A DNA stretch of 64,000 nt from Christensenellaceae bacterium (GTDB lineage Bacteria; Bacillota; Clostridia; Christensenellales; Borkfalkiaceae), in contig JAZOUX010000015.1 in NCBI GenBank assembly GCA_045658325.1, forward strand, positions 1,194-65,193, given 5' to 3'. Shown in pieces: positions 39,548-45,377 of the stretch (position 1 is the stretch's first letter; each line of letters opens with the position of its first letter). A program made the translations under genes and the position numbers. Below the pieces are notes generated by a model. The model worked only from the letters and a program-made list of their open reading frames with translations. It had not been told where the DNA came from and made no database searches.

Positions 39548-39709
39548 AAATATTTAATAATTTAATGCTTTACAAAAACCGATAACTTGTTGCTGTTTAT
39601 CTCTATCTAACAAATTAAAAGAAAATAACAATTCTTGTTGTATAGAAGTCAAAGAATTACCGGTTTGATTAATAACGCCAAAGTCATCTTCACGACCGAC
39701 TAAATAATC
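39548..39709. repeat. 162-bp direct repeat, copy A (3' end of XRE gene A)
   Basis: Hand alignment gives 5 mismatches to copy B and 8 to copy D. An 83-nt core at 39609-39691 is identical in all three copies. Confidence 0.9.
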
Positions 39710-39877
39710 TATAGAACAGTCAAATATATCTGATAATAACATTAAAGCATTCACGCTTGGTTCGCTACGACCTTTTTCCCATTCATAAACTAAACTTTGC
39801 GAACAATTTAATTTCGATGCTATCTCTTTGGCTGTTAAATTTTGTTCCTGGCGTAAATTTCTTAATCTAAAATTCAT
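39554..39877 (-). CDS. XRE-family HTH regulator, array member A
   Basis: 107 aa. HTH_3-type head (LTAKEIASKLNCSQSLVYEWEKG) plus the shared 51-aa tail DYLVGREDDFGVINQTGNSLTSIQQELLFSFNLLDRDKQQQVIGFCKALNY. Confidence 0.8.
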   Translation of the reverse strand: MNFRLRNLRQEQNLTAKEIASKLNCSQSLVYEWEKGRSEPSVNALMLLSDIFDCSIDYLVGREDDFGVINQTGNSLTSIQQELLFSFNLLDRDKQQQVIGFCKALNY

Positions 39878-39892
39878 ATTTTTCCCCTTTTA

Positions 39893-40054
39893 AAATATTT
39901 AATAATTTAATGCTTTGCAAAAACCGATAACTTGTTGTTGTTTGTCTCTATCTAACAAATTAAAAGAAAATAACAATTCTTGTTGTATAGAAGTCAAAGA
40001 ATTACCGGTTTGATTAATAACGCCAAAGTCATCTTCACGGCCAACTAAATAATC
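39893..40054. repeat. 162-bp direct repeat, copy B
   Basis: See copy A. The identical core is at 39954-40036. Confidence 0.9.
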
Positions 40055-40228
40055 AACTGAAACGTTTAATGCTTGAGATAAACAAATTAAAGTATTTGCT
40101 GTTGGTTCATTTTTACCAACTTCAATCATTGCAATACACGATGGCGCTAAATTAGCAAGTTTTGCAAGTTCTACTTGCGTCAACCCCCTTTCAGTTCTAA
40201 TTTCTTTTAGAATTTTTGCATAATTCAT
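39899..40228 (-). CDS. XRE-family HTH regulator, array member B
   Basis: 109 aa. Different HTH head (LTQVELAKLANLAPSCIAMIEVG) with a tail identical to A and D. AGGGGGA SD. Confidence 0.8.
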   Translation of the reverse strand: MNYAKILKEIRTERGLTQVELAKLANLAPSCIAMIEVGKNEPTANTLICLSQALNVSVDYLVGREDDFGVINQTGNSLTSIQQELLFSFNLLDRDKQQQVIGFCKALNY

Positions 40229-40269
40229 TGTAAAATCCCCCTAAAAACAAATAAATTTCATAAATACTC

Positions 40270-40322
40270 CTAATAGTTTAATGCTTTACAAAAACCTATT
40301 ACCTGTTGCTGTTTATCTCTAT
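40270..40322. repeat. partial, more diverged copy of the repeat (3' end of XRE gene C)
   Basis: TTTAATGCTTTACAAAAACC.AT.AC.TGTTGCTGTTTATCTCTAT matches the 3'-terminal ~50 nt of copies A, B and D. Confidence 0.7.
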
Positions 40323-40581
40323 TTAGAGCATTAAAAGCATCCAAAAGTTCTTTTTGTTGAATAGTTAAGATATGTTCGCGAGGAGAATCTCTACCTATTA
40401 AATAATCTACAGATACAGCGTAGTAATCAGCAATATCAATTAATCCTTGAATAGAAGGCTCCGTTCTGCCTTGCTCCCAATCGCTAACTACACTTCTTGA
40501 AACAGATAATTCTTCTGCAATATCTTTTTGACTTAATGAAGTTTCTGCCCTTAAATCTTTAAAAATTTTATTAAATTTCAT
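40270..40581 (-). CDS. XRE-family HTH regulator, array member C (diverged linker)
   Basis: 103 aa. HTH head LSQKDIAEELSVSRSVVSDWEQG. The tail is diverged except for the identical last 17 aa, RDKQQQVIGFCKALNY and context. Confidence 0.8.
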   Translation of the reverse strand: MKFNKIFKDLRAETSLSQKDIAEELSVSRSVVSDWEQGRTEPSIQGLIDIADYYAVSVDYLIGRDSPREHILTIQQKELLDAFNALNRDKQQQVIGFCKALNY

Positions 40582-40598
40582 AAATTTACCCTCTTGTA

Positions 40599-40760
40599 AA
40601 ATATTTAATAATTTAGAGCTTTACAAAAACCAATAACTTGTTGTTGTTTGTCTCTATCCAACAAATTAAAAGAAAATAACAATTCTTGTTGTATAGAAGT
40701 CAAAGAATTACCGGTTTGATTAATAACGCCAAAGTCATCTTCGCGACCAACTAAATAATC
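40599..40760. repeat. 162-bp direct repeat, copy D
   Basis: See copy A. The identical core is at 40660-40742. Confidence 0.9.
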
Positions 40761-40925
40761 TATAGAGCAATTAAATAAATCTGCTAATGTTTTCAAAATA
40801 GTAATGTTAGGCTCTAAATCTTCTCTTTCATATTTACCGACAGCTGTTTGATTACATCCTAAAGCGTTAGCAATTTCTTTTTGAGTATATCCTGCGTTAA
40901 TTCTCAATTCTTTAATTCTGTTCAT
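40605..40925 (-). CDS. XRE-family HTH regulator, array member D (promoter-proximal)
   Basis: 106 aa from ATG 40925, with a GAGGGG SD upstream. The ORF-track start at 40946 is probably too long. HTH head YTQKEIANALGCNQTAVGKYE plus the shared tail. Confidence 0.8.
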   Translation of the reverse strand: MNRIKELRINAGYTQKEIANALGCNQTAVGKYEREDLEPNITILKTLADLFNCSIDYLVGREDDFGVINQTGNSLTSIQQELLFSFNLLDRDKQQQVIGFCKALNY

Positions 40926-40951
40926 TTTATAACCCCTCAATATCACTTTTT

Positions 40952-40969
40952 AGTCCATTTTAGAATATT
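40952..40969. promoter_or_regulatory. operator-like repeat O1
   Basis: AGTCCATTTTAGAATATT matches 41023-41040 at 16 of 18 positions. It lies just upstream of the -35 of the rightward promoter and just upstream of the XRE-D start. Confidence 0.45.
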
Positions 40970-40983
40970 TTTTTAAAAATTGC

Positions 40984-41012
40984 TTGACAAGTTCCAAAAT
41001 AGGCTATATAAT
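40984..41012 (+). promoter_or_regulatory. perfect consensus sigma-A promoter (rightward)
   Basis: TTGACA at 40984-40989, a 17-nt spacer, then TATAAT at 41007-41012. Confidence 0.65.
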
Positions 41013-41022
41013 CATCTCAAAC

Positions 41023-41040
41023 AGTCCATTATGGAATATT
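41023..41040. promoter_or_regulatory. operator-like repeat O2 with internal dyad
   Basis: AGTCCATTATGGAATATT contains the dyad TCCAT-T-ATGGA. It is positioned at about +10 to +30 relative to the rightward promoter. Confidence 0.45.
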
Positions 41041-41116
41041 CCCCCCTGTAAATTACAATTTTTTAGTAAAAAAGTTATTGCCTTATATTTAGAATCGGCT
41101 AAAACTTTAAATATTT

Positions 41117-41167
41117 AGACCAAAAGCAATTTATCAGGGGAACTGCTTTTGGTCTATTTTATTTTTT
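41117..41167 (+). terminator. intrinsic terminator inside the 5' leader of the rightward operon
   Basis: Perfect 12-bp stem AGACCAAAAGCA/TGCTTTTGGTCT, a 15-nt loop, then ATTTTATTTTTT. Lies 35 nt upstream of the ATG at 41202. Confidence 0.6.
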
Positions 41168-41201
41168 CCGGACGTCCGGAAAACAACAAGGAACGTACAA
41201 A

Positions 41202-41447
41202 ATGAAAAACTTAAAAAAGAAGGTTAATATTTTAACCGTTTATGAACTTTGCAAAAAACTTAAGGTCGATATTATTAAATTAAGATATTGTCCTACAGGA
41301 AAATATGCAACGTATTTTACCCCAGGAGCATTGCACGATTCAATGTCAATCATTGTGCCAGAACACTACTTTTTAGTGATTAAGGAAGGTAAAAAAACAA
41401 TTTATATAACCATTTATCTTGAGGGGGTTAATTATGAAAGTATTTAG
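41202..41447 (+). CDS. hypothetical 81-aa protein (possible excisionase-type HTH at the N-terminus)
   Basis: AAGGAA SD 9 nt upstream. LTVYELCKKLKVDIIKLRY loosely resembles Xis/AlpA-type HTH. Overlaps the next ORF by 14 nt. Confidence 0.4.
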   Translation: MKNLKKKVNILTVYELCKKLKVDIIKLRYCPTGKYATYFTPGALHDSMSIIVPEHYFLVIKEGKKTIYITIYLEGVNYESI

Positions 41448-42267
41448 CGTTAATCCACTGCACTTAAATTTGCCCAAAGATTATATTGAAATTCGTAAAT
41501 GCGACGACGGTAGCGTGCAGTTATATTTTTACGATAGCAAGAAAATTGAAATTCAATATGATTTTAGTAAATATAACCCAACGCAAGAACTAACAATAAT
41601 TCCTACAATTAAAGGACGTAACATTCAAATTGTTTGTGTTGTTATAAAGACTTCCGAAAATTGGTTTTCACTTACAACCCTTTACAAATACAAAACGGTT
41701 ACGGTTCCGGCAAAAGGTTATAAGGAAGAAAACAACCAATATTTTATTCAAGAATTGGCTAAAAATCAAACATTTCATCCTAGTTATATCCCTATGAATA
41801 ATCCACTTCTTAATTTTGAACAAATAGTTCATAATTGTGCAGATATAACTAATGAACAAAAGATTTATTTAAAAGAAGCAATTAAATGCCATATAAATGA
41901 ATGTTATTTGGGTTTTACTTCTTTATTAGGGACATATTATGAGGATTTGTTGATTCAGTTTTGTAAAAGTTATGAAAATAGAATAAGGAGTCATTTTTCA
42001 ACTCTCTTAACTATTTATCAAAACAGTGTCATAAATTGCAAAAAAGCAAAAAAACGTTTAGAAAACTTGCTTGACTTTATAAAAAATAGTTCACGCGATA
42101 TAAACTTTTTTAATTCCAATGGAATAGAATCGTTAAATGATATTTCTTTAACGTTTGACGTCATACGAAAATATAGAAATGATATAGACCACCCTATCAA
42201 AGTCAAATGCGTGCGGCTATGGCAACCGAAAAGGGTTACTTTAAGGATGAAATTATTCCTGTTATAA
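41434..42267 (+). CDS. hypothetical protein with a C-terminal HEPN/DUF4145-like helical domain (Rx4H); native 3' end apparently replaced
   Basis: ATG at 41434 with a GAGGGGG SD. The helical region from about aa 135 ends in IRKYRNDIDH (R-N-D-I-D-H at 42175-42192). The last ~19 codons run out of frame into the thiolase fragment. Confidence 0.5.
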   Translation: MKVFSVNPLHLNLPKDYIEIRKCDDGSVQLYFYDSKKIEIQYDFSKYNPTQELTIIPTIKGRNIQIVCVVIKTSENWFSLTTLYKYKTVTVPAKGYKEENNQYFIQELAKNQTFHPSYIPMNNPLLNFEQIVHNCADITNEQKIYLKEAIKCHINECYLGFTSLLGTYYEDLLIQFCKSYENRIRSHFSTLLTIYQNSVINCKKAKKRLENLLDFIKNSSRDINFFNSNGIESLNDISLTFDVIRKYRNDIDHPIKVKCVRLWQPKRVTLRMKLFLL

Positions 42268-42860
42268 TTCCAGCCACAAAGAAAACTCCGGAAATTGTTT
42301 TTGATACCGACGAGTTTTTACGTCCGACCACAACAATGGAAGGACTCTCTAAGTTAGCTAGTGTTAAGCCAAACGGTGTTACCACAGCAGGCAACGCTTC
42401 TGGAAGAAACGACGGTGCTTCAATGCTTTTATTGATGAGTGAAGAAAAAGCAAAAGAATTAGGATATACACCTTACGCAAGATTTGTTATGGCAGGTAAC
42501 AGCGCGTTAGACCCTAAACTTATGGGATTAGGTCCTGTAAAGGCAAGTCTTGATGCGCTTAACAAAGCTGGTTTGACTATTGACGATATTGATGTTTGGG
42601 AATGTAACGAAGCATTTGCATCTCAAAATCTTGGTGTAATTAGAGGTCTTGAGGAAGCCACTGGCAAAAAAATTGATAGAGAGCGCTGGAATCCTAATGG
42701 TGGAGCTATTTCCTTTGGTCACGCTAACGGCGCTTCGGGCGGTAGAATTGCTATGTTTACTATGCGCGAACTTGAACGTAGAGGCGGTCGCTACGGCTTG
42801 TTTACTTCTTGTTGTGGCGGAGGCCAAGGGGTAACAACCATTATCGAAAATCTTCGTTAA
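42207..42860 (+). pseudogene. 5'-truncated acetyl-CoA acetyltransferase (thiolase) fragment, C-terminal ~215 aa only
   Basis: Aligns by eye to thiolase from about residue 180 onward: GYFKDEIIPV, TAGNASGRNDGA, NEAFASQ, NGGAISFGHANGASG, CCGGGQG. The N-terminal domain with the nucleophilic Cys is absent. GC content and codon usage are visibly higher than the surroundings. Confidence 0.8.
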
Positions 42861-42898
42861 CATATATAAATGACTTAGTTATTAACTTAAACTGAAAA

Positions 42899-42944
42899 GC
42901 GGATGCTATATATCGAAAGGCATTCAGCATCCGCAGAGTTTTTT
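42899..42944 (+). terminator. Rho-independent terminator after the thiolase fragment
   Basis: GCGGATGCT/AGCATCCGC stem, then AGAGTTTTTT. Confidence 0.65.
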
Positions 42945-43044
42945 AAGCAGAAAATAATAACTCAGAAACATCATATTTTTTTCTTTTTAAATCTTGGTTA
43001 AAATAATTGTATAGTTAAGTACAGGAATTAAATTGAAAAATTTA

Positions 43045-43081
43045 GAAAACTCGACTTTTTCATAAGTCGAGTTTTCTTTTA
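43045..43081 (+). terminator. orphan Rho-independent terminator
   Basis: GAAAACTCGACTT/AAGTCGAGTTTTC 13-bp stem followed by TTTT. No ORF lies between it and the previous terminator. Confidence 0.6.
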
Positions 43082-43164
43082 TTCACACTAAACTGCTTGA
43101 ATTAACTTTATGTTTTTGATATAATAAAGTCATTGATAAATAAGAATTTGACGGAGATTACGAA

Positions 43165-43920
43165 ATGAGTATTACACAAAAATTTTACGATAATATGGCT
43201 TCTCATTACGATAAGTTATTCCTTGATTGGAAAGCCACAACGAAAGAACAAGCCATATTATTGCAAAGCATATTTCAAAAGTTCAATTTTGGTCAAACCG
43301 TAAGTATTCTTGATTGCGCGTGTGGAATAGGTACGCAAGCGATAGGTCTTGCATCGCTTGGATATAACGTAACCGCTTCCGATATCAGCAACGGTGAAAT
43401 AGCCGAAGCGAAAACAAGAGCTTCAAATGCCAACGTTAGCATTCGTTTTGAGAATGCTGACTTTTGTGCGTTATCGAAAGTCTTTTTTGAAAAGTTTGAT
43501 ATTGTTATTGCTATGGATAATGCTTTGCCTCATATGCTTTCAAGCGAGGAATTGAGCAGAGCCATAAAAAGTATTACAAATCAAATCAAAGAAAACGGAA
43601 TTTTTATTGGAAGTATTCGAGATTATGACGTTTTGTTTCAAGACAAACCACCATACTCTCCGCCTTATATCCACGAAACGGAAAAAGGCAAACGAGTATC
43701 ATTTCAAACTTGGGTTTGGAATAATGACTGCTATAAACTTACACAGTATATCATTGATGACGAGGAAACGTTGCAAATCAATAAATTTGAATGCGAATAT
43801 AGAGCAACTCGTCGAGAAGAACTAACAGCATTGTTTATTGCCAATAGTTGCAAAGAAGTAATTTGGTTGTTTCCCGAAGAAACAGGATTTTACCAACCAA
43901 TCGTTATCGCAAGGAAATAA
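43165..43920 (+). CDS. class I SAM-dependent methyltransferase
   Basis: Motif I ILDCACGIGTQA, an acidic residue after beta-2 (TASDIS), 251 aa. The substrate cannot be inferred. Confidence 0.7.
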   Translation: MSITQKFYDNMASHYDKLFLDWKATTKEQAILLQSIFQKFNFGQTVSILDCACGIGTQAIGLASLGYNVTASDISNGEIAEAKTRASNANVSIRFENADFCALSKVFFEKFDIVIAMDNALPHMLSSEELSRAIKSITNQIKENGIFIGSIRDYDVLFQDKPPYSPPYIHETEKGKRVSFQTWVWNNDCYKLTQYIIDDEETLQINKFECEYRATRREELTALFIANSCKEVIWLFPEETGFYQPIVIARK

Positions 43921-43965
43921 TCAAATTCCAATTTATCGAGTTGTTAATTTTTGTGCAAAAATTTT

Positions 43966-43993
43966 AAAAGTATAGCGCACTATACTTTGCAAA
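43966..43993. repeat. copy of a dispersed 28-nt intergenic repeat
   Basis: AAAAGTATAGCGCACTATACTTTGCAAA matches 17056-17083 (AAAAGTGTAGCCCACTATACTTCGCAAA) at 25 of 28 positions. Both copies fold as AGT(A/G)TAG-N3-CTATACT. Confidence 0.6.
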
Positions 43994-44105
43994 CAAAGTT
44001 GTGTATTTTACTCAGCAAAAAAGTAAAGAGTAGCAAAGTTTTGCTACTCTTTTATAATGCTCTTAAAAATCCCTATGGACTCGCCTTTAAAACGCCCGAT
44101 TTTTG

Positions 44106-44501
44106 TTATATTAAATGATAATCTAAATCGTCTATCGTGCCGGTTTTTGACATAAAGTCTATAACGAAACTATCAAGCGACAACTTTTGCCTTTTTGCAC
44201 CTTCGTCAGTTAAAATACAAGGCACTCTTTCTAAATAATATTTTAAATTGTATTTTTGTTTTAATTTTACTAATATATCTTGCTTAGATAATAGGTCTTT
44301 TAAAGTTTCTTTTACCATTTCGTTGATATCGTCTTTATAATTCTCGTTACGGCCTATTTCTACCGACCTTTCACCGTCTTCAACAATGGTCCAACTTTGC
44401 ATATAGTCGTAATCAAACCCTAAACTTTCGCAAAAATCTTTAAAATCAAAAATCTTTTCGTTTCCTATTACTAAAAAATACGTTAAACAATACTTTTTCA
44501 T
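44106..44501 (-). CDS. hypothetical protein, possibly DUF4279-like
   Basis: 131 aa. The layout (N-terminal F.V.G..F, C-terminal ...DLDYH) is reminiscent of DUF4279. Abuts the CPBP gene with a 1-nt gap. Confidence 0.35.
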   Translation of the reverse strand: MKKYCLTYFLVIGNEKIFDFKDFCESLGFDYDYMQSWTIVEDGERSVEIGRNENYKDDINEMVKETLKDLLSKQDILVKLKQKYNLKYYLERVPCILTDEGAKRQKLSLDSFVIDFMSKTGTIDDLDYHLI

Positions 44502-44502
44502 T

Positions 44503-45261
44503 TTATTCCACTCGTATCTCCTTTTTTATTGAAAGCGCTAAATATACGGCATACGCGCCGGTTACTATCGTTAAAACTACTGCCGTTATTATTTGCATAT
44601 TAAAGTCTTGTAATACACTTGTTGAAAATACGCTTAATGCGTTGAAAAGCCCGTGCGAGACAATACATACAATTAAACTTTTGCTTTTTAAATATATCGT
44701 AACAAACATAAAGCCTGCCGTCGTTGCGTAAACAACTTGCAATAAATTAGGTATTAAGTCTGCGTTAGAACCGTTAAATAAATTGATTATATGCCCTATG
44801 CCGAAAGTTACGCTCGATACGATTACAGCCCATTTTATGCTACTTGTTTTCATAGCGTTAAAAAGTAGCCCACGAAAAATTATTTCTTCTAAAAAGCCTA
44901 CTAAAAACATTGATAATACACACAAAACACTTTCTGTAACCGAATAGTTTAAAGTAACTCCACCCCATAAATTAACGCTTAACATTACTAATATAGGAAG
45001 ATAAAAAATCATACTTTTTATAGACGACTTTGGTTTACATAATCCGTACTCTTCAAAAAGTCCGTACTTTTTTAAAAATGATAAAAGTATTAACGTTATT
45101 ATCAAACCAACGTCAAACGTAAACAACTTCTGAGTACCGACAAGAGTTGAAAAATAATCGCCCAACGAAAACAATACGCAGTATAAAATAATAAATAAAA
45201 CAGCAAACCATATTTTGCTTTTATCGTATAATTTTTTTAACATAATATCGTTTAACCCCAC
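44503..45261 (-). CDS. CPBP-family intramembrane glutamic endopeptidase (CAAX protease / Abi family)
   Basis: EEIIFRG, FGIGH and HGLFN motifs in a polytopic membrane protein. Confidence 0.75.
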   Translation of the reverse strand: MGLNDIMLKKLYDKSKIWFAVLFIILYCVLFSLGDYFSTLVGTQKLFTFDVGLIITLILLSFLKKYGLFEEYGLCKPKSSIKSMIFYLPILVMLSVNLWGGVTLNYSVTESVLCVLSMFLVGFLEEIIFRGLLFNAMKTSSIKWAVIVSSVTFGIGHIINLFNGSNADLIPNLLQVVYATTAGFMFVTIYLKSKSLIVCIVSHGLFNALSVFSTSVLQDFNMQIITAVVLTIVTGAYAVYLALSIKKEIRVE

Positions 45262-45350
45262 TATAAGCCACTTTTTTAAAACTGCTTTTTAAATTCTTGT
45301 TTTAATTATAACACATTTTAACTTTCTATTCAATACTTTTAAATTTATTA

Positions 45351-45376
45351 AAAAAGACTGCGTTTGCAGTCTTTTT
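45351..45376 (-). terminator. terminator of glyA
   Basis: AAAAAGACTGC-GTTT-GCAGTCTTTTT directly after the glyA stop. Confidence 0.65.
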
Positions 45377-45377
45377 A

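Larger units (their letters stand above)
41019..41167 (+). ncRNA. candidate ~150-nt terminated leader or small RNA
   Basis: Bounded by the consensus promoter (40984-41012) and a strong intrinsic terminator (41117-41167), with no credible ORF inside. Confidence 0.25.
38084..43960. mobile_element. tRNA-Leu-adjacent integrative island, apparently degenerate or mosaic, boundaries approximate
   Basis: A tyrosine integrase sits 124 nt from the tRNA 3' end. Contents are regulator genes, orphan ORFs, a gene fragment with foreign composition, and orphan terminators. A host-type intergenic repeat reappears at 43966. No flanking direct repeat was identified. Confidence 0.5.

Noticed and set aside
39548-40760. 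Regularly spaced near-identical repeats that might be read as a CRISPR-like array
   Set aside because: The repeats are 162 bp, lie inside protein-coding frames (the 3' ends of the XRE genes), and are spaced by ~180-540 bp of coding sequence. There are no cas genes, so this is not a CRISPR.
41031-41051. 6-codon ORF (MEYSPL) inside the leader or sRNA candidate
   Set aside because: No SD, and it overlaps the operator-like dyad. It is more plausibly non-coding.
42528-42863. 111-aa minus-strand ORF and 61-aa plus-strand ORF inside the thiolase fragment
   Set aside because: These are antisense or alternative-frame ORFs inside a region whose main frame has unmistakable thiolase motifs. They are a composition-driven artefact.
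43607-43825. 72-aa alternative-frame ORF inside the methyltransferase gene
   Set aside because: It is an out-of-frame internal ORF with no RBS, and the 251-aa frame has clear SAM-MTase motifs.
38084-44000. Search for att direct repeats (a copy of the tRNA-Leu 3' end or of the 38084-38206 segment) marking the right island end
   Set aside because: By eye I found only trivial 6-nt matches (TCCGCA at ~42930) and a weak T-rich similarity at ~43948. Neither is convincing, so no att site is reported.
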